This document shows, piece after piece, positions 21,567 through 31,099 of a DNA stretch of 64,000 nucleotides. A program made the position numbers and the translations under genes. A model generated the notes under the pieces. That model did not search any database and was not told the DNA's origin. It was given only the letters and a program-made list of their open reading frames with translations. The DNA lies in the NCBI GenBank assembly GCA_025061115.1, contig JANZKC010000002.1, forward strand, positions 288,001 to 352,000, written 5' to 3'. This DNA is from Candidatus Culexmicrobium cathedralense. Lineage in GTDB: Archaea; Thermoproteota; Methanomethylicia; Culexarchaeales; Culexmicrobiaceae. The first letter of the stretch is position 1. Each line of letters starts with the position of its first letter.

Positions 21567-22700
21567 ATGATCAAGTCACAACACAAAGAATTAATTCCAA
21601 GAGTAGAGTGGATAGCTCAAAAGCTGCAAGCCTTAGACAGCAAAATAGAAGATCTCACATCAAGACTAACATCACTAGAAGCTGCAATCAGCAAAAGAGC
21701 TGAAATTAAAATTGACGACCTACTAAAAAGCTTAACTGAAACATGTAGCAAAATCGAGGCAGTCGGCAAGCACGTAGATTCGATAAGAAAAACCTCATCA
21801 ACCGCAACGGCATTGATAAGGCAACTCGCAGGCTACAGCTCACAAATAATCGAAGAGCACAGAAAAATACGCGAAATTGCGGCTAAGATTGAAGAGGAGC
21901 GTGAAAAAGCTAAGCTGGCAGCCGAGAAATCAGCCAGGATTAAAGCCTATGAGGAAGTTCTTGAGCTGGCTAAGGAAACTCTAGATAAAATTGAGCAAGT
22001 TAAGATCAACCTAGCTGAGAAACATGGAGCACTAGAAGCACTCCAAGGAGAGGTTTTAAAGAGCGTAGCATCTGTTAGAGAAATAGAGCTTAAAGCCTTA
22101 AACATATTATCAGAAATATCAATTAAAATTGATGAAGCAATTAAAACTGCAAGCAAGCTAGCTGCGCTAGAAGCCTCACAAAGAAAGAAAATTGAAGAAG
22201 AAAAGCTCAAGCTAAGGCAAGCAGAAAAAAGAATTAAGCAGATTCTAGCCGAAAAAGAAAGCCAGCTAAAAAGTTGGAGTGAAGAACTGGCTAAAAGAGA
22301 GGAAAAGATAAGCGAAAAGGAGGCTCTAATTAAAGCTAAGCAGAAGGAACTGGAACAAAAGGAGAAGGAAATTAAAAGGCGTGAAGAAATCATTCTAAAC
22401 TTCATGGAAGAGCTCACTAATAAAATAAAGGAGTATGAAAATGCAATTAAAGTAATCAACACAAGAGCAGCATACCTGGAGCAGATGGAAAGCAGAAAAA
22501 GCGAGCTGGAAAAAACCATTGAAGCTCTACGAGTTCAAAAGGAAGAAGTGGAAGGTGAAATTAACAAATTGAAAAGTGAAGCCGAAGAGCTAAAAATGGA
22601 AATTAAATCGCTGAACGTTAGAGCAGAAAAATTAAAGCAGTTGATAGCTAAAGCAAGGACGGAACTAACACTTGCTACCCCACCCCCAATTAGCTCTTAA
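21567..22700 (+). CDS. Long soluble coiled-coil protein
   Basis: Near-continuous E/K/L/I heptads over ~350 aa, no TM segment, no ATPase motifs. Confidence 0.8.
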   Translation: MIKSQHKELIPRVEWIAQKLQALDSKIEDLTSRLTSLEAAISKRAEIKIDDLLKSLTETCSKIEAVGKHVDSIRKTSSTATALIRQLAGYSSQIIEEHRKIREIAAKIEEEREKAKLAAEKSARIKAYEEVLELAKETLDKIEQVKINLAEKHGALEALQGEVLKSVASVREIELKALNILSEISIKIDEAIKTASKLAALEASQRKKIEEEKLKLRQAEKRIKQILAEKESQLKSWSEELAKREEKISEKEALIKAKQKELEQKEKEIKRREEIILNFMEELTNKIKEYENAIKVINTRAAYLEQMESRKSELEKTIEALRVQKEEVEGEINKLKSEAEELKMEIKSLNVRAEKLKQLIAKARTELTLATPPPISS

Positions 22701-23409
22701 AGTCACAAAACTTTTGGCGGAAGAAGCTAAACGCTTAAAGCAAACCCTTAAAGGTAGATTCTACTTTGCCCCAAGGAAAATAGCATCAAGAATAGGCGAA
22801 AACGCCAACGCAAGAAAGATAGGAGCAATACTCCACAGGCTCAAAGAACTAAAAGCAATAAATTACGATAAAAAATTCAAGAAGTACTTCATCGAAGCAA
22901 GCAACATTACAGCACTAAAAGAAATGCTAAACAAACTAAGTAACACGTACCTTTTAGAGTACTATAAGCCTTTAAACCACATTGAGCCTCCAATACTCGT
23001 AATAAACATCAAGGAAAATAGCGGAAAGATGGTGGCACAAGCCAAGCGAGAAGGAATTCTCAAACCAGTGTACATCGTAAAAGGCGAAGCTGAATTCAAA
23101 ATAATATTCAAGCAGTTTAGACAGTCCGGATTCATAATCAAGAAAAATGGAGAGCAAATTTTTAGAGCAAAGCGAAGCGGAATATGCAGCCCACTCCAAG
23201 GAGAATATAATGGAGAAAAATTTCAAATAAAGCGCATTAAAGGCAGAGAGATAAGGCTCACATTTAAAAATGGCAAAAAAGTTGCGGCAACCCTCAAAAG
23301 CTGCGGATTCGAAAAGGCAATATTCTCATACGAGAAGGAAGTTGAAGAAATAGCAGTCCCACTTGCCATAGCAATGTTTGCAATCAAGCAGCTAGACGTC
23401 ATAATTTAA
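22672..23409 (+). CDS. Hypothetical protein: N-terminal wHTH plus Tubby/LURP-one-like C-terminal domain
   Basis: APRKIASRIG..ARKIGAILHRLKE HTH; run of short beta strands ending in hydrophobic helix IAVPLAIAMFAI. Confidence 0.55.
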   Translation: MLPHPQLALKVTKLLAEEAKRLKQTLKGRFYFAPRKIASRIGENANARKIGAILHRLKELKAINYDKKFKKYFIEASNITALKEMLNKLSNTYLLEYYKPLNHIEPPILVINIKENSGKMVAQAKREGILKPVYIVKGEAEFKIIFKQFRQSGFIIKKNGEQIFRAKRSGICSPLQGEYNGEKFQIKRIKGREIRLTFKNGKKVAATLKSCGFEKAIFSYEKEVEEIAVPLAIAMFAIKQLDVII

Positions 23410-23487
23410 TCAAACGCATTTAAATCCTGCTGGCTGGCAACCAGCGCAATTTCCATACATTTATTCACAACCAAGTGAGGGTGCCAA

Positions 23488-24024
23488 ATGAAATTTAGAA
23501 AAAATCGAAAAGGAGTTAGTGCCATAATAGTCTCCCTACTAATACTCGCAGTATCGCTTGGAATGGCAGCAGCATACGCAGCCATGATGATGGGATGGTT
23601 CGGCGGAGCTAGCGCTGTAGTGAAAATAGACACCTCCGACACCAAAGTAATACTCCACCCATCAACAGGCTACACCAAATTCCAATTAGTAATAAGAAAC
23701 CTTGGAACAGTAACAATGAAAATAAAATTCATAGTAATAGACGTGAAAAGCGGGCAAGGCAACATCACGTTCACTTCACCAATGAAATTCAACTTAATTG
23801 TAAAAGGAATGCAAGTAATTTCAAGCGGAAAAATTTACGGATCATCCGCAGCAGTAGTAGTATCAACCGATGGGAAACTAATTATACCTCCAGGGCAAAG
23901 CGCAACACTATTTGGAGAAGCAGCAAATGGAAAGCCATACTGGGATATAAATGAAAACTACAGGGGCACAATATTCTTTGAGGGAGGAGCAATAGACTTC
24001 AAATATGCCGTTGAAAGCTATTAA
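23488..24024 (+). CDS. Archaeal type IV pilin (candidate major pilin)
   Basis: Textbook class III signal RKNRKG/VSAIIVSLLILAVS; IRNLGTV and IPPGQSA Ig-type pilin motifs. Confidence 0.88.
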   Translation: MKFRKNRKGVSAIIVSLLILAVSLGMAAAYAAMMMGWFGGASAVVKIDTSDTKVILHPSTGYTKFQLVIRNLGTVTMKIKFIVIDVKSGQGNITFTSPMKFNLIVKGMQVISSGKIYGSSAAVVVSTDGKLIIPPGQSATLFGEAANGKPYWDINENYRGTIFFEGGAIDFKYAVESY

Positions 24025-24027
24025 AAG

Positions 24028-24297
24028 CTAGAATTTAAAATCGCCAAACTCCATCTTTTTCTGAGGTTTGCTCGCCAAGCATAAGCTTAAAAACTTATTC
24101 AAAAGAGCTTTTAAACTAGAAATTTCAAGCTTCATGTAGGTCAGATCCACAATTATGGAATCAATATCATCCCTACTTTCAAGCTTATCCATAATGGAGG
24201 AAACCATAGTTTTAATGGTTGAAACTTCAGCGCCAAGGTTGCTTATAGACTCCTGAATAATTGAAAGTCTCGAAAGTAACTTCTTATCCTTAACCAA
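24028..24297 (-). CDS. Small coiled-coil hypothetical protein
   Basis: 89-aa ORF with heptad pattern, GAGGGG SD upstream. Confidence 0.6.
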   Translation of the reverse strand: MVKDKKLLSRLSIIQESISNLGAEVSTIKTMVSSIMDKLESRDDIDSIIVDLTYMKLEISSLKALLNKFLSLCLASKPQKKMEFGDFKF

Positions 24298-24476
24298 GCT
24301 CCCCTCAGCCTACTACGAAAAATGCAATTTAAATCCTCACTGGAACATGACAGCCATAGAATTCTCAATATTTAAGCCGACAGAAATGCTAAAACACTCA
24401 AGGTTAAGAAAAACTAAGAGAAATAGCAAAGTGAAACTGCTGGAAGCTTCCACATACCTAGCTTGAGGAGGTTAGC

Positions 24477-25532
24477 ATGTCAAGAGTGACGGTCATATAC
24501 TCGGAAAAATACCTAAAACATAGAACAGGAAATCACCCGGAATCACCAGCAAGACTGAAACGGGCCATAGCTACAATTAGGGAGTCAAAGCTCTCAATGC
24601 AAGGACATGTAGAAATCGTGCCGCCGGAAAAGGCAAGCTTAGAGGATGTTGCAAAAGTACATGACAGAAGCTTAATAAATGAAATAAAGGACCTAGCAGA
24701 GCGCGGAGGAGGATTAATCGCTCCAGACACCGTAGTCTCCCCTAATTCCTTTGAAGTAGCATTACTAGCTGCTGGAGGAGCGATCAAGGGAGTAAAGCTA
24801 GCTATAAGGGGAGGAAAAAATAGGATATTCGCTCTAATAAGACCTCCTGGACACCACGCAAGCCATGGCATAGCCAAAGGATTCTGCATCTTCAACAACA
24901 TTGCAATAGCAGCCCACAAAGCACTCGAATTAGGAGTGAAAAGAGTGCTCATTCTAGATTGGGATGCACACCATGGGGACGGGACCCAGAAGATATTTTA
25001 TGAAACGGACAAGGTGCTTTACATATCAACCCACCAAGATGGAAGAACCTTATACCCAGGAACAGGATTCATAAATGAAGTAGGAAGAGAAGAAGGAGAG
25101 GGCTACAACATCAACATACCACTACCCCCAGGGGCAACAGGCACCCAAGCAGTAAAAGCAATAGAGGAAATAGTTCTGCCAATAGTTGACGAGTACAAGC
25201 CAGAAATAGTAATGATATCTGCAGGATACGACGCCCACCACGCAGATATGATATCAGACCTAAAATTCACAACAAACACGTACTACAAGCTAGCTGAAAT
25301 TTCAACATCGATATCAAAGGCACATGCAAACAGCAGGATGATAGCCCTATTAGAGGGAGGATACCACCTAAAATACATGCCGCTATCAGTACTAAACACC
25401 CTATGCGCAATGGCAGAAAAGGAGCCCGAACACACCGAAAATGAGCATTACACTCATCCATCAATAGAAAGATACGTAGAACTTTTAATAAAGAAGATCA
25501 AAAGAGTTTTATCCAAATACTGGTCGCTCTAA
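24477..25532 (+). CDS. Zn-dependent histone deacetylase-family protein
   Basis: HPESPARL, RPPGHHA, GFCIFNN, DWDAHHGDGTQ, SAGYD, LEGGY. Confidence 0.95.
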   Translation: MSRVTVIYSEKYLKHRTGNHPESPARLKRAIATIRESKLSMQGHVEIVPPEKASLEDVAKVHDRSLINEIKDLAERGGGLIAPDTVVSPNSFEVALLAAGGAIKGVKLAIRGGKNRIFALIRPPGHHASHGIAKGFCIFNNIAIAAHKALELGVKRVLILDWDAHHGDGTQKIFYETDKVLYISTHQDGRTLYPGTGFINEVGREEGEGYNINIPLPPGATGTQAVKAIEEIVLPIVDEYKPEIVMISAGYDAHHADMISDLKFTTNTYYKLAEISTSISKAHANSRMIALLEGGYHLKYMPLSVLNTLCAMAEKEPEHTENEHYTHPSIERYVELLIKKIKRVLSKYWSL

Positions 25533-25551
25533 CTTGAAAGCGGTGAAAGAA

Positions 25552-26742
25552 ATGAGGCGATTTCACATAGCCACCGAAAACGAAATAAAACGAGGAGAAA
25601 CGACCGACGTTTACTTTCAAAGAACAATAAAAATACTCAAATCAAAGGGACTTGACAAAGTTAGGGTAGCCGCAGAAATAACTTCAGGAAAATTGCCGAA
25701 AAACTGGGAGTGGGGAATTTTATGCGGAATTGAAGAAGAAGCCCACCTACTAGAAGGATATCCTGTAAATGTTTATGCAATGCCTGAAGGATCAATATTC
25801 TACCCAGAAAGCCACAATGGAGTTAGAGAGCCAGTCATGATCATCGAAGGACCATACGCTGCATTCGCCCACCTAGAAACAGCAATTTTAGGATTAATCT
25901 GCCAAGCCTCAGGAGTAGCAACAGCCGCAGCCAGAATAAAAAGAGCAGCAGGAGAAAAGCCAGTCTACGCATTTGGAATAAGGAGAATGCACCCAGCAAT
26001 AGCCCCAATGCTGGACAGAGCAGCATACATAGGAGGATTCGATGGAGTTTCGGGAGTCCTTGGAGCAAAACTAATGGGGATAAAGCCTGTAGGAACAATG
26101 CCCCACGCACTAATAATAGTTTTCGACGACCAAGTAAAAGCTTGGAAAGCATTCGACGAAGTAATGCCGCCGGAAGTTCCAAGAGTAGCACTAGTCGACA
26201 CGTACTACGACGAAAAAATCGAAGCACTAATGGCAGCAGAAGCACTAGGAGAAAAACTATTTGCAGTCAGACTAGACACCCCGAAGTCGAGGAGAGGAAA
26301 CTTCGCAGACATAATAAGAGAAGTGAGATGGGAGCTAAACGTCAGAGGATACAAGCACGTAAAAATAATGGTTTCAGGAGGTCTAAACGAAGAAGCAGTA
26401 AAGGCATTAAGCGAAGCAGGCGCAGACGCCTTCGGAGTAGGAACAAGCGTGTCAAACGCCCCAACAATAGACTTCGCAATGGACATAGTTGAAGTTGAAG
26501 GAAAACCAAAAGCAAAAAGAGGAAAAATGAGCGGCAAAAAACAAGTATGGAGATGCCAAAAATGCCTAATAGACATCGTACTCCCGGAAAAAGAGAATAA
26601 ACCTAAATGCCCGAAATGCAAAGAAGAAATGACTCCAATGCTAAAACCACTAATACTAAACGGAAAAATGGTAGCAAAACTCCCAAGTGCACAAGAAATA
26701 CGAGAATACGTCTTAAAGCAGCTACAAAAAATACAAGATTGA
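25552..26742 (+). CDS. pncB: Nicotinate phosphoribosyltransferase (archaeal type, C-terminal CxxC..CxxC insert)
   Basis: TTDVYF, FGIRR, GTMPHA, LVDTY, VRLDTP, SGGL, FGVGT. Confidence 0.92.
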   Translation: MRRFHIATENEIKRGETTDVYFQRTIKILKSKGLDKVRVAAEITSGKLPKNWEWGILCGIEEEAHLLEGYPVNVYAMPEGSIFYPESHNGVREPVMIIEGPYAAFAHLETAILGLICQASGVATAAARIKRAAGEKPVYAFGIRRMHPAIAPMLDRAAYIGGFDGVSGVLGAKLMGIKPVGTMPHALIIVFDDQVKAWKAFDEVMPPEVPRVALVDTYYDEKIEALMAAEALGEKLFAVRLDTPKSRRGNFADIIREVRWELNVRGYKHVKIMVSGGLNEEAVKALSEAGADAFGVGTSVSNAPTIDFAMDIVEVEGKPKAKRGKMSGKKQVWRCQKCLIDIVLPEKENKPKCPKCKEEMTPMLKPLILNGKMVAKLPSAQEIREYVLKQLQKIQD

Positions 26743-26831
26743 GCATACCACCAACTCTCAACCAAGTAAAAAGCAAAACAAATCAGCACGCAACATATTA
26801 TAATATAAGACTCCAATTAAACGGTAAATAA

Positions 26832-26910
26832 GGGGCCGTCGTCTAGCTTGGTCTAGGATGCCAGCCTGGGGCGCTGGTGGTCCCGGGTTCAAATCCCGGC
26901 GGCCCCACCA
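26832..26910 (+). tRNA. tRNA-Pro(GGG), CCA encoded, no intron
   Basis: Cloverleaf GGGGCCG...CGGCCCC A CCA; anticodon arm CCAGC-CTGGGGC-GCTGG; T loop TTCAAAT. Confidence 0.97.
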
Positions 26911-27246
26911 ATTCTTAAACACGGGTATAACTGAAAAGGCGTTTAGCCTAACGTTTCGGTAAACGAAATAAATTGAATAATCACACCATGATGCCCATCA
27001 TAGTTCGATTAATGCACATCCAGAATAGTAGTCTTGTAGATGCCCCAATGATGGAAATGCACCAATTGGATAAAGTTGAAATGTAAAAATCATGCAACTT
27101 TAAGGCAATTAGGAAATGGCAGTTCCCGCTATGACTAGTCTTAAGTTATGTGATTGAGCTGTAAAAAGATTAGAAAAGCCTGGAGATCCGAAAATTGTAA
27201 ACGATAAATATGGATTTTTACACATCAAGTTGAGGAGGGTATTTAG

Positions 27247-28005
27247 ATGGTTTATATTGATGCTCACACCCACTTTGGTAAAAAGGGTAAGGGTTTGCCT
27301 CCCAATACCCCTGAGGAACGTATAAAGGTGATGGATGAAATAGGTATGGATGCTATGATTACCTGTCCACCTTATGCATCGATATCAAGAGATAGGACTT
27401 ATGATGATGCAAATAAATTCATATTGGATGTTATGAGGAAGTATCCTGGGAGATTTTTTGGTTTAGCTAGAATTAATCCGCATTTTAGGAAAAAGGCTGT
27501 AAAGAGGGCGGAAAGAGCGTTAAGGGAGGGTTTTTGGGGAATTAAATTTCATCCACGTAATGAAGCTTTCCCAATAAATAGTAGGGAGCTGGTATTTCCA
27601 ATAATGGAGAAGGTGGAGGAGTATGGGGGGCTTGTTTTGTTTCATACTGGGGAGATAGTGTATTCTCATCCGACGCTTGTTGGTGATGTGGCTGATCATT
27701 TTCCCGATATCCCCATTATAATTGGTCATTTGGGAGGAGCATTTTATGATGATGCAATTTTAGTTGCAAAGTGGTTTGATAATGTCTTTTTGGAGACATC
27801 CTTCTGTAAGGGTGTGCATGTCATTGAGAAGGCAGTTGAGGTTGCTGGAGCTGAGAAAGTCATATATGGATCAGACTATCCTCAAGGGTGCATTGAAGTG
27901 GAAACTTTGAAGATTGAATTAGCAAATATTTCAAAGCGAGATAAAGAACTTATTCTTGGAAGGAATATTCAGAGAATACTTGATGGTATTAGGAAAATGA
28001 GGTGA
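27247..28005 (+). CDS. Amidohydrolase_2-family metallohydrolase
   Basis: IDAHTH, GIKFHP, LFHTG, IGHLG, YGSDYP all intact. Confidence 0.9.
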   Translation: MVYIDAHTHFGKKGKGLPPNTPEERIKVMDEIGMDAMITCPPYASISRDRTYDDANKFILDVMRKYPGRFFGLARINPHFRKKAVKRAERALREGFWGIKFHPRNEAFPINSRELVFPIMEKVEEYGGLVLFHTGEIVYSHPTLVGDVADHFPDIPIIIGHLGGAFYDDAILVAKWFDNVFLETSFCKGVHVIEKAVEVAGAEKVIYGSDYPQGCIEVETLKIELANISKRDKELILGRNIQRILDGIRKMR

Positions 28006-28814
28006 ATGGTGTGTTAGTTATAGATGCTTTAACTTACATTGGTGAGAGCATATATTTTAGGAGTAAGAAGTTTACTGCAGAAGACCTCATTAAAAAGATG
28101 GATAGAAACGGAATAGATTTAGCAATAGTGACGGCGCCTCCTCCAGGACCAAACTATCAAGAAGCCAATAAAACTGTCTATGAAGCAGTTAAAAAGTATC
28201 CTAATAGACTGATTGGCTTTTATAGAATTAATCCATGGTTTGGAAAAGTGGAATTAGAGAAAGCAGAAATTGCTGTTAGAGAGTGGAAGTTCAAGGGATT
28301 CATGCTTGATCCTAGAAATGAATCTTTCTACGTTATGAGCCCAGCAATAATAAGTATCTTTAGTGCTACAGCAGTGAGACGCCAAATAGTAGAGCCAGTG
28401 ATGGAGTTAGCTAGTAGGCTTAAAGTGCCCGTCTTCTTCAATTTGGATGATACCATGGATCTCGATTTCTGCACGCCAGAATCATTAGCTCTTTTGGCTG
28501 CTTCATATCCAGATGTGACTTTAATGATGAGACACACATACTTGGCCTTGAGTCTTGCTTTAAATCCTCGTCTTGCTGATGATTTAAAGAACATCGTCTT
28601 TGGAACATATCCACTTGTTGGAGGACACAAGGGAGTAGATAAATTCTTGAAGGCAATAGGAAGAGTCATAGACCCAAGTAGAGTGGTCTTCACAACCGAA
28701 ATGCCCTTCGGATGCCCCGAACTGGAACTAAAAATCATTGAATTGTCAAAGCTTGATGAAGAAATTAGAAAACGCATAATGGGAGAAAATATAAGAAGTA
28801 TTTTAAAGCTTTAA
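28002..28814 (+). CDS. Amidohydrolase_2-fold protein with degenerate metal ligands
   Basis: Same scaffold as the upstream gene but IDALTY, GFMLDP, FFNL and FTTEMP replace the catalytic motifs. Confidence 0.8.
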   Translation: MNGVLVIDALTYIGESIYFRSKKFTAEDLIKKMDRNGIDLAIVTAPPPGPNYQEANKTVYEAVKKYPNRLIGFYRINPWFGKVELEKAEIAVREWKFKGFMLDPRNESFYVMSPAIISIFSATAVRRQIVEPVMELASRLKVPVFFNLDDTMDLDFCTPESLALLAASYPDVTLMMRHTYLALSLALNPRLADDLKNIVFGTYPLVGGHKGVDKFLKAIGRVIDPSRVVFTTEMPFGCPELELKIIELSKLDEEIRKRIMGENIRSILKL

Positions 28815-28870
28815 ATTCTATCAAATATATATTTGCGACAAGTCGGAATTCTCCCAGCCTTCAAAACCTA

Positions 28871-29935
28871 TCACTTCACATCAGCCCATAAGTGACATGC
28901 AAGATAATGATCATTTTTTACTTCAATCATCTCCGGCTCCTTCACTCTGCAAATCTCCTTTGCATATGGGCACCTAGGATGAAATCTACATCCTAATGGA
29001 GGATTTACTGGACTTGGAACTTCGCCCTTCAATAATATTCTCTTTCTCCTTGCTGTAGGGTCAGGCACTGGTATTGCTGAAATGAGGGCTTTGGTATAGG
29101 GATGAAGAGGGTTATTAAAAAGCTCTTTAGTTGACGCCAACTCAATTACCTTACCTAAATACATGACTGCAACTCTATCACTTATACATTCAACAACGCT
29201 TAAGTCATGGCTTATGAATAGATATGTTAGATTTAATTTTTCCTGTAAATCTTTGAAGAGCTCCAGCAATTTTGCCCTTACAGATACATCTACTGAGGAA
29301 GTGGGCTCATCCAGCACTACAAAATCTGGATGTGTTATTAATGCTCTTGCAATAGCTATTCTTTGCCTCTGACCACCGCTAAATTCATGAGGATATCTTC
29401 TTAAATGCATCTTTGTAAGGCCGACCATCTCCAGTATTTCCAACACTCTTTCTTCAATTTCACTTTTCTTGGCTAACTTATGTACGATTAATGGTTCAGC
29501 AACTATATCCTTAATGAACATTCTTGGATTTAATGATGTTCTTGGATCTTGAAAGACTATCTGCATTCTCCTTCTCAGATTTTTAAGCTTATGTTCCTTA
29601 AAAGTCGTTATATCATATTTGTTTAAGTATTCCCTAAGCTTTTCTCTTGCCTCCATACTATCATCATTCATGAGTTCATCAATTTCATCTAACACTTCAG
29701 GTGGAGCGTCGAAAAATATGTGTCCAGATGTTGGCTTTAAAAGCATCAGTATCGTTTTCCCAAGAGTTGTTTTCCCACATCCAGACTCCCCTACAAGCCC
29801 TAGGCATTCGCCCTTGAATATTGTTAAATTTACATCATCAACGGCTTTAACGTATTCCTTACTTTTTTTGATAATGCCTCCAGTAATGATTTCATAATAT
29901 TTTTTTAGGTTATATGTCTTTATTAGTGGCCTCAT
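28871..29935 (-). CDS. dppF: Oligopeptide/dipeptide ABC transporter ATPase (DppF/OppF)
   Basis: GESGCGKT, FSGGQRQR, LDEPT, GCRFHPRC. Confidence 0.93.
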   Translation of the reverse strand: MRPLIKTYNLKKYYEIITGGIIKKSKEYVKAVDDVNLTIFKGECLGLVGESGCGKTTLGKTILMLLKPTSGHIFFDAPPEVLDEIDELMNDDSMEAREKLREYLNKYDITTFKEHKLKNLRRRMQIVFQDPRTSLNPRMFIKDIVAEPLIVHKLAKKSEIEERVLEILEMVGLTKMHLRRYPHEFSGGQRQRIAIARALITHPDFVVLDEPTSSVDVSVRAKLLELFKDLQEKLNLTYLFISHDLSVVECISDRVAVMYLGKVIELASTKELFNNPLHPYTKALISAIPVPDPTARRKRILLKGEVPSPVNPPLGCRFHPRCPYAKEICRVKEPEMIEVKNDHYLACHLWADVK

Positions 29936-29939
29936 AAAT

Positions 29940-31097
29940 TCAGCCTCCCACCACATTATGACATGCAACGTAATGATTCTTTTTAACTTCAATTAATTCT
30001 GGAACTTCACGTCTACATTTTTCAGTTGCATAAGCACATCGAGGGTGAAAGCGGCAACCGCTTGGGGGATTTATTAGATTTGGAATAACTCCAGGTATTG
30101 ATTTAAATGGTTTGCCCGGTCTGGGTATCGATTCTAATAGGGCTCTTGTATATGGGTGCAATGGATTCTTAAATATTTCATGTACATCTGCAAGTTCACA
30201 AATATTTCCCGCATACATTACTGCTACTCGATCACATACCTCAGCAACCACACCAAAGTCATGCGTAATATAAATTATGGAGGACAACAACCTTTTTTGT
30301 AGCTCTTTAATTAGTTTAAGTATTTGCGCTTGAATTGTTACATCGAGATTTGTTGTCGGTTCATCTGCTATCATTATTTTTGGGTTACATGCTAGTGCCA
30401 TTGCAATTACTACGCGTTGCTTCATTCCACCGCTCAACTCGTGGGGATACATATTAATTATTCTCTCAGGATCAGGAAAACCCATCGATTTAAGTAGCAC
30501 CATCACATCCTTCTTAACCTCTTCTTCAACTAGCTTTTTAATTCTCTTTAATAATGGTAATTTTAGAATTATTGAAATGAAAAGTGAATTTGGATTTTTA
30601 ATTAGTTCATTAAGAATTTTCTTTTCAATATTTAGAAAATATTTCCTTAAAGATCCCTTTTCATCTTTAAGTTTATTCTCAACTATTCTTAATGCGTCCT
30701 TATAGTACTTCACCTTTCTATGGATGAGCAATGCTTCACTTATCTGCTCACCAATTTTATAAAGTGGATCTAATGCTGCTCCTGGCTCTTGAAATATTAT
30801 GGATATGTATCGCCCCCTTATTTTTTCTAGGTATTTTTCATCTTTCTCCATTAAGTTTACCATTCCATCGTCAGTTTTAAGATAAATTTTTCCATCCTCA
30901 ATTCTTCCTGGATGAGGCGTTAAGCGCATTACTGATAGAGCTGTGACACTTTTACCGCAACCTGTTTCTCCAACAACACCTAATATTTCTCCTTCTTTAA
31001 GAAATAGGCTTACTTTCTCAATTGCCTTTACTATTCCTTCGTAAGTATAGAATCTTACTTTTAAGTCTTCAACCTTCAGCACAATGTCGTTTTCCAC
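29940..31097 (-). CDS. dppD: Oligopeptide/dipeptide ABC transporter ATPase (DppD/OppD) with helical insertion
   Basis: GETGCGKS, LSGGMKQR, ADEPT, GCRFHPRC. Confidence 0.93.
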   Translation of the reverse strand: MENDIVLKVEDLKVRFYTYEGIVKAIEKVSLFLKEGEILGVVGETGCGKSVTALSVMRLTPHPGRIEDGKIYLKTDDGMVNLMEKDEKYLEKIRGRYISIIFQEPGAALDPLYKIGEQISEALLIHRKVKYYKDALRIVENKLKDEKGSLRKYFLNIEKKILNELIKNPNSLFISIILKLPLLKRIKKLVEEEVKKDVMVLLKSMGFPDPERIINMYPHELSGGMKQRVVIAMALACNPKIMIADEPTTNLDVTIQAQILKLIKELQKRLLSSIIYITHDFGVVAEVCDRVAVMYAGNICELADVHEIFKNPLHPYTRALLESIPRPGKPFKSIPGVIPNLINPPSGCRFHPRCAYATEKCRREVPELIEVKKNHYVACHNVVGG

Positions 31098-31099
31098 AT

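Noticed and set aside
21567-22700. SMC/Rad50 or ESCRT-III (CdvB) assignment
   Set aside because: No Walker A/B, hinge or Zn hook; length and pattern do not fit Snf7, and no Vps4/CdvA neighbour.
18214-24024. Archaellum operon
   Set aside because: No ArlH (KaiC-like), ArlF/G or archaellin-type sequences; the pilins look like T4P pilins.
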